From Sphaerodactylus townsendi (taxonomy: Eukaryota), in the NCBI RefSeq assembly GCF_021028975.2, contig NC_059435.1, forward strand, positions 40,176,001-40,240,000: a stretch of 64,000 nt of DNA, given 5' to 3'. Below the pieces are notes generated by a model. It did no database searches and was not told the DNA's origin. It saw only the letters and a list, made by a program, of their open reading frames with translations. Positions 1 to 12,757 of this stretch are shown here, piece after piece. The translations under genes and the position numbers were made by a program. Position 1 is the first letter of the stretch, and each line of letters starts with the position of its first letter.

Positions 1-3000
1 GAAGAAATGGTTTGGTGGTTTGGCCTCATGTTCTGGGGAACTGGAGCGCTGATTCTGTGCTACTACCTCACCAGAATTTCCTCCTGAAATTGTTTTTCAG
101 AGACTAAAGACCCACGATGAAAAGATGAAAAGAAGTATCTGCCAACGTATCAACTATAGAGGAAGGCAGAACGTGGGCCTTTCTTGAAGGACCTGAGGAT
201 GGACTTGGTATTTTAACTTTCTGGTGCTCCACTGCCTGTTCATCATTAGACCTCCCCCAGGGAGGTCTTCAAAGACCTTGCTCAATGAAGGCTCTCTCTG
301 GCTCTTCCATTCATGATTGCATCTCCATCTTGCAATCATGCAGCAATGACCTCTATGCTCTTTGGAAGAAAACAATGTAGTTAAGACCCCCATCCCTCCC
401 TCTTACATCCTAGTTCCCTCCTTAGTTTACATACCTGATAAACAGATTGGCATTAATACTTTTTTACATTTATTCCAGATACAAAAGAAATGTGTAACAA
501 TTACATTCATTTGGTGATATTCATACCACCTTGTCCCAAAGTAAGTCCTTCGAGATGCTTGCTGGACTGTTTCCTGAAATACTTCAGCCATCCTCAAGCA
601 TGTCTAAGGTCCTTTGGCTGTCCACAGTGGAAATCAATGCAACTTAGAAATGGCTGCCCTTCAAAAACTCAGGATAGTAACTGGCTCACAGAAGGATATC
701 CTACTTCACCCTAACAGCTAAGATGTAGAGGCTTGGCAAAAGGAGGCCAGGAGTTCCATAACTTTGCTTTGTGGTGGGATTTTGTGGCCTTCTTAGACCA
801 GGTATATACAGCTGGCCATACTGGAATCGTGGTTGTTGTTTACAAACACACCACACACAAAATGAGACCATTTATTTCCTCCCTGGCTTTCTAGGCCTGC
901 TGCATCGAAGTCAGCTTGGTGGCGCTGCTACATGCACATTTTATCGGTTCTTCTAAGAAGTTTCAACTCCGTTTGCTCTATTTAAATGTAAGTCGTGATT
1001 CAGAGTGAAGCTGGCTTCCGCAAACCATACTGGCATGAGGGGGGGGGGGCATTTAAAACAGAAGAGCGAAGTTCCCTGGGCTCTGCCTGCACTTCGTGGC
1101 AATCCCAATCACTGCCCCTGGACCTCTGCTGGCATTCCAGTGTCAACTTGTGCCGTTAAGGGAGAAGGGGGGGCGGGGCGGGTAGGATCACAATCCCACT
1201 AAAGGAATTTAAATCCCTCGTACCTCCATAAAGATGAAATGGAACGAGTGTGTTGAATTCATAACCCTGCTGTACAACAGTCCCAAGTTTGTTGGGCTCG
1301 CCCGCCATAAGGCCTTGTAAAGGTGTAAGGACACCTTCACAGCACAAGTAGCGTTATGTTCTCGACTCTCCCATTTAATTATTTCCAGATTTTCTCTCTC
1401 TTCCCCGCCCCCCCGCGCCGCCCCCAGAAGCCAGTTTCTGAAGCCAGAGCTGTGTCTGTGTTTCAAACAGCTCGTGCCTTTGCAAGCGTTGAATTCCCCT
1501 AATTGCAAACGGCAGGCTGGAGGGACAGTCCCATGTCAGGGCTTGGGGTTTTTAGAAGCGCTCCTTGTAAATGGCAGGATCAAGCAAGCTCCCCCCGCCC
1601 GCTTCCCGCTCACCTCCAGGCTGCTGGATTAATTAAAGCGGGGTTGAAACAATCAGGCCTTAAATGGGACCTTTATTCCGAAGGGGAAGAAGAGCCAACC
1701 GGTGCGCCCTGGACGCCGAGCGCGCCTTCGCAGGCTGGGGAGGGAGGCGGGCGCCCAAGTTGAGAAACGGCGTCGTACTCTGGCAGCAGAACTGCTCGTT
1801 CGTCTCTCTCCCACCCACCCCCCACCCCACCCCTCTTTTAATGAGGTTTTATGTTGGGATTTTGACTGCAAAATAAGCAGCCTGCTTCACAATTCGCCTG
1901 TGACTGGCACCTCTAATCTCTTCCACGGAAATCAGTGCGGTGAAATACCTCCAAATAATCCCAAGTGAAGGAGGCGCGGGCAATATGTGCCCACTCAGAA
2001 GGACAGTGGCTGTGAGTTCAGGATCCAGCGAACGTTACACGCGTAGAAATCTCATCTGATTCTCACGAGGAGCCCTTAAGCACCTCCTTTCCTCTTCCTA
2101 TTGAAATCACTGCAAATTAAACGAGCTTGACGTTGGCTGGATCGTGCCCAATGCTGACGATGAAAAATGATGGCCGTTTGTTTCTGTTTCACTACTTTAG
2201 AAAACAGTGCGCCGATCGGACGCCAAGACAGCAGCTTAAAGCGGTAATCCACCCACAGACAAACCGATATACATTTCGGTGTTCTCTCAGGCGCACCGGA
2301 ACGCAGGAAATATAGCTTTATTTATGTTGACGATCTCATTCATCTCTCTTTCTGACGCCGGGTGTTGAAGAAAGAATGGAGTAATATTTTTAAAAGAAAT
2401 ACAAATTGAAGCTAGCCTTGCAATCAACTTGTCCGTAAAGGGGGAGACGAACCTTTGCTGGCTGAATTTGAAGCACATCCGTGAACTTGGGTTTGCAGGC
2501 TAGCCCAGCCTCCTTTCTGCCCCTGTCCCAAAAATGTTGGGCTGTACTTACGCCTAGTTCCAGTGCATGGGGGATTCTGACGTGGCTGGTGGATAATCCA
2601 TGAATCCAACTTTGGGAAATTTAGGCCGAGAAATATGCATGTTAACCCCTTCCACATCTTCAAAAAAAAAAAGCAACTGATTTTGTTCAATAAAAAGTTA
2701 GAAGAAAGGAACTAGTTCACAATCGAATAGATTAATTTCTTTTCTATATTTAGAAAGTTTCAAATAATCTCATGGCAATCAAATAATCTCATAATAAATA
2801 AAATCCCATGCAGGGTGTTTTTGGCTTCTATAACCGGTCTAACACACCTCTTCCTTACAGAGTTGCATTTGTATAGTGAAAAATTATTTATTTCAAAAGA
2901 AAAATAGTAGTTCAAGCTAGTCAATGTTGTAATGACACACAAATAAACATATAAACATGAGAATATTTTGCATATGATCAAACGATGCAGCGTTTACCTA

Positions 3001-4276
3001 ATTATGCTAGGAAAAATCTGACATGCCAAAGAACTCTCAACCTGCAGAGTTGCTTTTCTTTTGAAATCCAGATCTAAGCACATATCTATTTATCTATCTA
3101 CTAATTCACAAGTTAATTGTAACGAATGCCAATCTTTCATGCAATTAATTATGTACATTGCCCACCTGCGCCTCTGAGAAAGACCCCGAGATTTAAAAAA
3201 AAATCTCCAACTAAATGTTTTTAACTAAATTACACATTACACCGAATTTGTACAGCTTACCGAATTACACATTACACATTACACTGAATGCCACAATCCC
3301 TCTCGGGCACTTCAAGCACTTTAGGAGTTCTAAGATTTTAAACAGACCTAAATGTCCATATGCGTATTCATTCCCTCCTACCTACATTCATGGATACACC
3401 CGTCTATGAATATCTTGCTAATAAAAGCCCTTCTAAAATTCCACTGAGTTATGTAACTGAAGGCTAAGCTTTCAGATTTGTTTCTTCTATCAGTTGAGCT
3501 TTAGGATAATATCAATATGACTTTATAAGCTATATATTCCGCACCTACGCTGCGAAATAAAATGTATCTCTGTATCCCTGTGTCGGGATAATTGCCCGTC
3601 TCTGTGTATCTGCCTTTCTTTATGGCCGGGCTAAAGGTGTCTTAGCAGTCAGTAAACCGTTCAGAACTAGCCCGGGCGTCTGTTTGTACATCAGCCACAT
3701 TCTTAATTAGAAATGTGCTCTCTCTTGAGAAAGATTTCCCTTTTAAGGAAGGGAAGGTAGCAACAGGCAAGCGAGGGAAGCCACGGAGGTGTGTTCCGGT
3801 TGGAGGTTTTCAGGACACGGCATGCCTCTGAAAGCCAGCTGAACTTTGGACCGCGTATCGCACTAAAGCCGAAATTGCAAAGTAAACTCATTTACCACCT
3901 GGGCGTCCTTGACTCCAGCTGATTAAAGTGTGATCCGGCGTGTGTGCTCAGCTTCCCCTTGTGTTATTTAAACACAATCAAAAGTAATAAAAGTATTCCG
4001 ATTGCGTGAGGAGGGCCACAAGAAGGCAGACGCAATTCAGCCTGAATGTCTGGTCTCAGCTGCAAACCTTTTTTGGGATAGAGGGAAGTGGAGAGAGAAG
4101 GATTAGGGGAAATTAGAAAAGGACAAAAGAGACGTGTTGCATTACCGGACGGGATACTGGACTTCGAGCAGAGGGAGATCCAGAATTGGAAAGGAAAGAG
4201 TCGGGTCACTATCATTAACTGGGAAGACATCTAGTGGGAGCGTCTTGTAACTGCAGCTCCTCCAGAGGGTCAAGAT

Positions 4277-4391
4277 CAGGGGTGTCCAACTCTGGCCCTC
4301 CAAATGTTCATGGACTATGATTCCCAGTAGCCTCAGGGCTGCTGGGAATCATAGTCCATGAACATCTGGAGAGCAGAGTTGGACACCCCTG
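4277..4391. mobile_element. 115-bp non-autonomous hAT-type MITE, almost fully palindromic
   Basis: TIRs CAGGGGTGTCCAACTCTG ... CAGAGTTGGACACCCCTG; internal inverted arms (ATGTTCATGGACTATGATTCCCAG / CTGGGAATCATAGTCCATGAACAT); perfect 8-bp target-site duplication GTCAAGAT at 4269-4276 and 4392-4399, which is diagnostic of hAT. Confidence 0.9.
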
Positions 4392-5182
4392 GTCAAGATG
4401 ATCCCTGGGAATGTGTGGGGCCCCAACCCACTCTCCTTTCTGTTATCAGTTGCTGATTTACTTCCCACTCTTATCATGTACTTTCTGGCATTAAATGTTC
4501 CCATCATGTCCTGGAGTCTCTGAAAGATCTGTAGGTTCCCATCAGGATACTGAAGACTTAGCCTGTCCCCTGGACTTCTTAGACCCCCTTCTCACATAAG
4601 AAGTTCCTTATGTGAAAGCTGGCTCCAGACAGCTTTCTTGCCCCCACCCCCCAGGAGCTGCCAACACAAAGTCAGCTGCCACAAGAGGATAGTAGCCTTG
4701 ACCCTTGGTGGCTATTGAGCCACCATCCTTTCCAGCAAGAACTCTGGAATTAGGGGAAAAATACTTCAGCATCTAAGTCTGTTTGACCTTTACCAGCATC
4801 TAATACAATGCTTGAGGTAGAGTTACAGCAGAATTACATCCTTCTAAACCCATTGACTTGAAATCAGATGGACAGGTATCACTCACCCCTGAGCTTCTTT
4901 TATGTAGGTTTTTTAAGTAGTTGAACTCTCCACTGGTGGACTTACCCAGTGGATTGGATGTTATATTTGTTTATAGGAGTGTGGTGGTATCTTTCTTCTC
5001 CCCTAAGGACTAAATTCCAAATTGTTTACCCTGATGCTAATAATGAAGTGAAGAGAAATGATGGGACAGCTGTGGCTATAATCTTTCAAGTGTGACCCCT
5101 GAGATGAGGACCTAAGGCAATGTCCATCTGGCAGGTAGTTTATTCAGAGGCCAGAAGTAATAGATATAGAACTAATCATAGC

Positions 5183-5949
5183 AATAGACTATTGTAACTC
5201 GCTCTACGCGGGCCTTCCCTTGCGTTTGATTCGGAGACTAAAACTGGTTCAGCATGCAGCAGCGCGTTTGCTCACAGGCAGCGCCATTTATGATCATATT
5301 CAGCCTGTGCTACGCCTGTGCTACGCCAGCTGCATTGGCTCCCAGTAGAGTTCCGAATCATTTTCAAGGTGCTGGTGTTGACCTTCATAGGACCTTACGC
5401 GGCCTGGGACCCTCTCGGTATCTTCGGAGACCGCGATCACCCCATATGTCCCCTGCGTGGGTTCTCTCCACGGCTCTGTAGGAGGCCAATTCTATTAGTG
5501 GGTCCCTGGCCCTCAATGATGCGGCTGCCGGCCTCCCACACGGGCCAGGGCTTTTACAGCTCTGGCCCCGGCCTGGTGGAACACTTCCTTCCTCCGGCTG
5601 TCCAGGGCCCTGCGGGACCTCGGTGAGTTCCGCAGGGCCTGTAAGACAGAGCTGTTCCGCCGGGCCTTTGGAGGGACCAGCCGCTGAATGGCGCGCCCCC
5701 CCCCCCCAGTTGGCCCTTTACATCTGGGTCTGTCATCTTGGGACTTGTCCTCCTCCTCCGGGGAGAATTTTTAAAAATGGGGTTAGTCGGACGCCTCTAT
5801 TATTGTTCTTACTGTTGTTATCGCTGTTTTAATGGTTTTAGTTATTTACCTATATTAATATTGTATTTATATTGTACACCGCCCAGAGCCCTTCGGGGAT
5901 GGGGCGGTATAAAAGTCCAAACAATAAATAAATAAAATAAAAATAAATA
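5183..5949 (+). mobile_element. 5'-truncated L2-clade LINE (ORF2 C-terminus, 3' UTR and tail)
   Basis: Broken translation DYCNSLYAGLPLRLIRRLKLVQHAAARLLTG...LRQLHWLPVEFRIIFKVLVLTF matches the L2/CR1-group ORF2 C-terminal motifs; 3' stem-loop CCGCCC...GGGCGG followed by an (ATAAA)n tail; an 11-bp internal duplication (GCCTGTGCTAC x2) shifts the frame. Confidence 0.85.
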
Positions 5950-8900
5950 GATTTGTTCAGTTGGACCTGGAAATGTGCACACAGCCTAAGGCTCAAATTA
6001 TAATGCTTCTCACATGATAATGCTTCTTTTTTCAGTATGCTTGCATCCACTGCCTAGAGAAAGGAAAAAGGAGTAGCTACTCTGGCTTTACGCAAGGAAG
6101 TGACCTAATTGTGGTGTAGAGAGTAGCTCTCACCAGAAATGTGATCAATAAAGCAAAAACTTAAAATGGTGTTCAGAAAAAAAAGGAAAATGTCATACTA
6201 TGTCCCTCCCAATTGGACAGTTGTCTGTGAGCAGTCCCTTTGACAAAATTCATGAAAGTCCTTATCTTGAATAAGGACTGCCTCCCAGGGTTGATGTTAA
6301 AAAATCATATGAAGTGATTTGAATCATATTGGTGAGTTATCTAAGTGACTTGTTGAAGGAAGGTAATTTCAAATATGTCTGGTTAGATTTTGATAGCAAA
6401 ACAGGTAAAACAGGTAAAATTAATGTGCAAAAACATTTTCATTGCACCACTAATGTATAAACATGCAGTGGTATGTTAGGCCAGTGTAATTGTAGTTATG
6501 TATATGAATGTGAAGCTGTGGGAATCATTCAGGAAATCATAGCCAGGAAAACATTTAACTTTATCCAAAATCCTTCTGAGTGCAAGGCAATTGAGAATCA
6601 TTAAGGTATGTTATATGTCATATACCTTTTTAACTTATGAAGTGCTGCTGATCTCAAACCCTATAAACTACATATCAATTGATCCAGTTCAATTTGTGTG
6701 ATTCATTCTTTCTGCTAGGAGTTCCTCATCTGTCCTTCAAGACAACATGGGACAGCAACATCAGCATTCCATTAGCAAACTTGACCCCTTTTAAGGGTTA
6801 AAACTTGTTCTGTTGTACTTGATTTCAGCTTCCTGTGTGCTTGTGCAACATGAATTTACTTTGCTTGGTTATCACATACATGGAGAAAGCCCTGATCAAC
6901 CATCAAGGGGGGAAAAAGTGAAGACTTTTTCTTTGATCCTCCAGATTTTTTCAAACACTTCCTTTTCCAACCTGTGAAAATATTTACTCTTCAATTCTTC
7001 CTCCCAACATAATCGTCCTTCTTTTCCTTCAGCCTCCTACAGAAAGTGTTTGGTTTTGAATTATACTTGATTACTTTCATATATGAACGTAGTATAAATC
7101 CAAAAGTAATAAATACATTGATATGAAAACAGTAAGTGAGCAGATTGTCACATAGGGTGAAAATCACAGTTTTACACACACAAGAACAGAACACATCAAC
7201 ACACATCCATAATTATATCTGAATTGTTTTTATCTGGTTGTGGTAAACCACTTGGGAGGGGACTCTGAGGAAATACATGTTTCAGATAAATAGGCAAAGT
7301 AAGCAAATAAATAAATTGTGACCTTGATCCAGGAGTCCAAGGGTGAAGAAAGAGAATAGATTCTTAAACATTTATTATCCTGGCAGGGTATGTGTGTCCA
7401 GATCATTTAATACATTTAGAAGGCAAATCTGTCTTCAGCTGCACTCAAAATTCTTGAGGATTATTTGGAAATAGTGTATAACAATGGAATCATTTTGTAG
7501 ATTTGAACCAATTTAAACAAAGCTTCATTTTGTTCTGTCACAGATTGATGAAAGAGGGCTCCAGTTCTTCAAGAGAATTTGAAGTTCAAGCATACAACAT
7601 GAGAATGGCCCTAAACTCAATATATATGTTCCATTTAAATCAATGGATCTTACTTCTACTTGATGTGAATGATCTAAGGCAGGCACTCCAAGAAGAATTA
7701 ACTTTACATTTTTAAATCAAAGAAGGAGGTGGAGTGAAGGATTGATCTCTTGCTGTGACCTCAAAGGCATCTATTTCTTATTCTCTTATCTATGCATTTC
7801 TATGTTACTCCATTTCTCTTCTTTCTCACAGCCTTTTGGGCACTGATTCTCCTTCCCATCTGATCTTTTACGTTAGTCAACAAAATAGTAAGTGTTCTTG
7901 ACGAAAATCCAACTTTTTACGTCAACCGGGATTTTATGTCTTTCTGCAGAAGGCTCATGAGGGACCAAGGGTTAACTTAAGAACTACCAGCTGAAGAAAT
8001 TGATGTGTTCACTGATCAGTCACCAGCAGGAATGCCCCCCCCCCTTCCCAAAACCTTTTATATGGCCCTCATCCCGCCCTGGCAGTAACAGATTCCATTT
8101 TCATTAATTTGCCAAAATATATACTTACAACCGTCACTGGAAGGGCTATTGACATACCAGGTCTTGTTCCTCCCAGTTAAAGCACAAATGATTCATTTCT
8201 GTTGCTGTTTGGCAAGCAGTCCCCAAGCGTCCAACTTCCATATTGGGCAATGGGCTGGCCCTTAGGGCGTTGAAATGCATTGGTCCTATCGTCAAAGTTT
8301 CCCAACTTTTTTTTTGTAGTCCATGTTGACTTCCCAGGAACTACCCCCCCCCTCTCTCATTCTGTGTGTGTGTGTACAATTTGAGCTTCTTTATCCTGGA
8401 TCTAAGAACTCAACATGGTATATAAATGGTCAGCAGCCCCCCCCCCCCGTGTTGTTGGCAGCTCCTAACGTAATACAAATTAGCTGATGATGCTAATGAA
8501 CTATAATTCTTCACTCTTCCATCATCCTTCCAAAATCTTATGCAATGTGACAAATGAATCACTGTCAAATTAAACCTGCAATAGGGGATAGCAGATGCCT
8601 TGACATACCCCCTCCTCCAATCTGGTGTGTGTGAGGGGGGGGGGAAGAGAACAGGACTGAGAATATATAGCTTTTTGAAAAGTAGATGAAAGCAAGTAAT
8701 TAGTAGCAGGCTTTCAGGGGCTACCCCACAGAAAGAAATAAAGGGTGGCTATTCCAGCACCAGTATAACCACAGTGAAATCTGCCAGGAGATGGCCTTTA
8801 AACTGGGTGCCTTGAGACTCTGGATTTTGTTTTTAAACCCTTTAGGTATCTAAGCTAAGATGTTATTGGCAACATATAACTCTAGGCTACCCATATATAT

Positions 8901-9930
8901 GTTTGTTTTAATTAATTATGTGTGGGTTATAAAGTGTTGGGAGGAGAGTTTGAGGAGATGTTGGCAAGGAATCAACCTCTTTGCACTATTATAAGTTGAA
9001 TAAAACCATGGGGAAGGCAGAGAACAGCAGGCCTGTTGTTGTGAATTACTCTTCTCTCAGCTCTAAATAATAAGCTGATGCAACAACCAGATACAAGGTC
9101 TTTGCTTTCATCTGATGCTGCCATTTCTGATGAACCTGGTAAATCAGGAGTGACTCCATGAAGGCCCTGGAGCGCTTGAAGCTCTACAGGGAGCAAGACT
9201 CACTCCCAAGGCTAATCAGTGGGGGTGTTTCACAGAACATTTACCTCCATATGCTAGTAAATAGAGGTGGAGGGGAGTATGTATTATGACTCAAAACCAA
9301 AAAGCTGAAAAAGGTTCCATTAATGAAATAATTTATTTGCTCCACCAGCACTCCATTATCTTCATTAGCTGACTCTAGAAGGCCTATAACAACCCCCAAT
9401 CCTGTTCTTTAAATTGCTACTGGACTCCAAGCTAAGTGTTCTACTCAGACCAAACAGGCTACTTTCACTGGCCTCTCCTTTCACTACACTGGCTCAACTG
9501 CAGAGATTTTGCTTGAGCTTTATAGTGCTGGGGAAATGGAATGTGACCACTGGCACCCAAAGATTAACCTTCATGGTTGTTATTTTTATAGTAGGAAGGC
9601 CTTAGTTCTTCTAACTTCTGACTGCAGGGTTTTCTGCAGATGTGTTTCCTGTTGGATTGTTATGTTTCAGAGTCTAACTGAAGAACTCTCCAGAGAGCCT
9701 CAGTTGTCTTCCAGCCTAGGAGAACTTTCCTCTCTCCCCTTAGGAAATTAGCCTGTGAGGGCAATATATTGTGCCTCTCAATTTGGGCTGGTGCAGGTCA
9801 CAATGGGATGGATACTACCACTTCACGGGCCAAATTTTGAAGATGCCCTCTAGGTTAAGGGGACTTTATCCAATTTAAAGGGAGGAAGAGTCCTTGGGAT
9901 GGAGGAAGGCAGATGAGTACTTATTTTTTG

Positions 9931-9998
9931 TTGTAACCCGGCCAGAGCTGTTCAGGGATTGGGTGGGATATAAATAAAATTAAATAATTAAATAAATA
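9931..9998 (+). mobile_element. Isolated L2/SINE-type 3' tail remnant
   Basis: TTGTAACCCGGCCAGAGC...GGGTGGGATATAAATAAAATTAAATAA resembles the 3' end of the LINE at 5872-5949. Confidence 0.55.
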
Positions 9999-10246
9999 TT
10001 TATAGTCAGCATTTATCAAGGTGGATTAAACAATGTAATAGGCCTAAGATTACAAAACTTCACAAGAAAGCAAAACGCACTAGGAGTCATATGCCAAACG
10101 TTGCAGAAAAATAGTATTACAAAAGTAGGAAGTATTGCAAGCCTAACAGGGTAACAATGCCAGAAACAAAGAATGCACCCTGTGCATAGTGATACATCTA
10201 CAGTCTTGTTTCTTGAAAAGCACCTTCCTGTGCCATTCCATTATAC

Positions 10247-10607
10247 TAGGGGTCCCTGATATTTTTGAGCCAGCAAGCGTATTTGGAATTCTGACACGTC
10301 ATCATGGTCACAGCAACAAAATGGCTGCCACACAATGGCTGACATGGGAGGTGGAGTCAGCCACAAAATGGCTGCTGCAGCTAATTTCAATCACAGAATG
10401 AAGATCCTTGTACTGTGGTGGCAGCTGCTACCAAAGCAACTTTTTAAAAAATCTGCATAGTCAATCAAATGTTCAATAGTCAGTCAGAGGCTTTGTTGAC
10501 GAAAAGCTTTACTGGGCTCCTCACCCTTCCTAAAAATGCTTGACAGGTGCAAGAAAAGGTGTTGGTGAGCACCATGGTGCCCACAGAAACCAAGCTGGGG
10601 GCCCCAT
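10247..10607. mobile_element. Degenerate hAT-like non-autonomous DNA transposon (~360 bp)
   Basis: Decayed TIRs TAGGGGTCCC ... GGGGGCCCCAT; internal repeated AAAATGGCTGC motifs; flanks CATTATAC / TATTATTC match 6 of 8 as a possible TSD. Confidence 0.55.
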
Positions 10608-10772
10608 TATTATTCTATAACCCAAGTACCATTATCAAAATGTTCTCTTAAACTATTCTGTTTGACATAGTTTGTGGAATGCAGGGGAGCTCTCCTCAGG
10701 CAGGCCATTTCACCAGCTGGAAAGCCACAGCAGAGAATGCACCTATGACAGTATGTGGAATCTTGATGATAG

Positions 10773-10991
10773 AGGGTTGGATCCCGACTAGAGTTTCCAC
10801 TCACCCAAGGCACTTCTTTCAGTTGAACAGAATGTTTTTGCTTTCCCCCTCTCCCCATACCCTCCTAATATCCTAGGGGACACAGGAACTTCAGGAATAG
10901 CATGAGAGACAAATAGGGGTTTGCAGCAAGAAGAGGAAATTGGAGGAAATGACCTCATCCCTTCTGTGAGCGGAAAACTGAGTCCAGCCCT
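10773..10991. mobile_element. MITE-like inverted-repeat element (~220 bp)
   Basis: Termini AGGGTTGGATC / GAGTCCAGCCCT plus subterminal inverted arms AGTTTCCACTCACCCAAGG / CCTTCTGTGAGCGGAAAACT. Confidence 0.5.
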
Positions 10992-12629
10992 TAAAGTGGA
11001 AGCTCCTGAAGCAGCAGGAGGGGGGTGTCTTGCAGGAGAAGATGCTTATTGACAGGCGGGTTTAGTCATAGCTATTTACTGACATGGATACATTGATTAA
11101 GGCAAGCAGGCACTGGGTCCCAAGGCAACCATGTGATAACTCTCCATCCCCAAAATGCCTTTACCCATCTCGAATTAGCCAAGTTGGGGAAAATATTAAG
11201 GCATCGGCTTCAAGATACCTCATGCGGGATGGCTGCCTCACAAGTCTTGTTTCGTTTAAACTGCTGAAGCCCCAATGAAGTGAAAGGGATTGGGGCAGCC
11301 CAATTGGGCGCTGCCTGCAGCCAAGATTCTGATATGCCGGTGTTTTAAGCACAAGCTCAGTATATCCCGTGCTTTTCCACATCTCTCAATTGTTCCATAA
11401 CAAACTAATTAAACATCCCCCACCCCCGCTTCGGTTGTTACAAACTTTATAAAATGTACATGAAAGGACGACAGAACGCTGCACAATGTGCAGTCATGTG
11501 AGGCTTAGCATCTTTGCCAAGGTGGATGTTGTGTTGCAACTTAGTTTTGGCATGTTTATTGTCCTTTAAAGCATTCCTCACGTGGATCAGGTTACTTCTC
11601 TTTTTGCCATCACTGATGGAGATTCTGCAATATTCGTCTTGAACTGTGAGACTGCCTCGGTCATTACAATAACAGAAACGTGAGAATAAAGGGGTCTGCT
11701 CTCTTGAACATTCGCCATTGCGTGGTTTTTACAGCCACACGGTCCCCTGCAGCAAGCTGCTACCCTAGAACGTCCCAGTTTTTTAAATTCCTGTTTATTA
11801 AAGCAATAACTCTTTGTAAGGATTATTTGGAGCCGGAACAACACTTTTCTTTACGACCAATTGGAAAAAAATCGGCCCTAGAGAAAGAATTGTCGAACGG
11901 TAAAAGCCAAAGCGCTCGAGATGAACTTGACTTTCTTGCTACTTCCCAAAACCATCTGAACCGCTCGCTAATTCCACCGATCTTATTTACCGATAATTTG
12001 ATTTAATTCCAGAGAAACGTATGTTGGAACAGGTTACTTCCTCCGGACCAATTATTTTTGATCTGAATTGACTCTGATGTTATTGAATCTAGGAGCTTCA
12101 CTTTGTTTAATTGAGACATTTTATTCCCTCCTTTCCTCGTGGTTCAAGGCGACTTACAGTAACCGTTTGAACAGACATAAAATAGCAAACCCCAAATCTC
12201 TCCCCCTCCTCTGTGTAAAACCTACTCTTGTGTAAACCCTACTGAAATTAATGGGTTGTACTCCATGGCCGACCCTCTACCATTCTGAGACTTCGAAGGC
12301 AGAGTGTTATGAAAAGCTAAATAAAGCGTTAGTCCTAACCGACCTTACTTGGAAGTGTCTCGCCGAAATCACCTCACTTTACTTCCAAGTAAAAGTGTCT
12401 TAATTTCTGCATTAATGCTCCGGTGTTTCCAGCCTGAATTCAGAACATCAGATATTACATGAATTGGGCAAAGGGAATTAGAAGTGGGGTACTGTGTGGT
12501 TTCTGGGCTGTGTTGATATAGCAAACCAAAGACTTGGTTTATGACTGAACTCATTATAACTGGACTCAACTCGACCCACCACTAATTTCTATCACACTGG
12601 GGGACTAATTAATGGTAATTATTTTATTA

Positions 12630-12757
12630 TTCTCCACAACATCCCTATGAGGTAGGTCTCCGTCACAGTTCAGTTTCACAAGGGGGAAACTGAGAACCAA
12701 GGAGGCTTTCCCGATAATTCCTTTCTTAAGCTGAGACTCGAACCCAGGTCTTCTCAG
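12630..12757 (-). mobile_element. MIR/CORE-SINE fragment
   Basis: CACAACATCCCTATGAGGTAGG...GGGAAACTGAG...ACTCGAACCCAGG matches the reverse-complement MIR core plus B-box. Confidence 0.7.
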
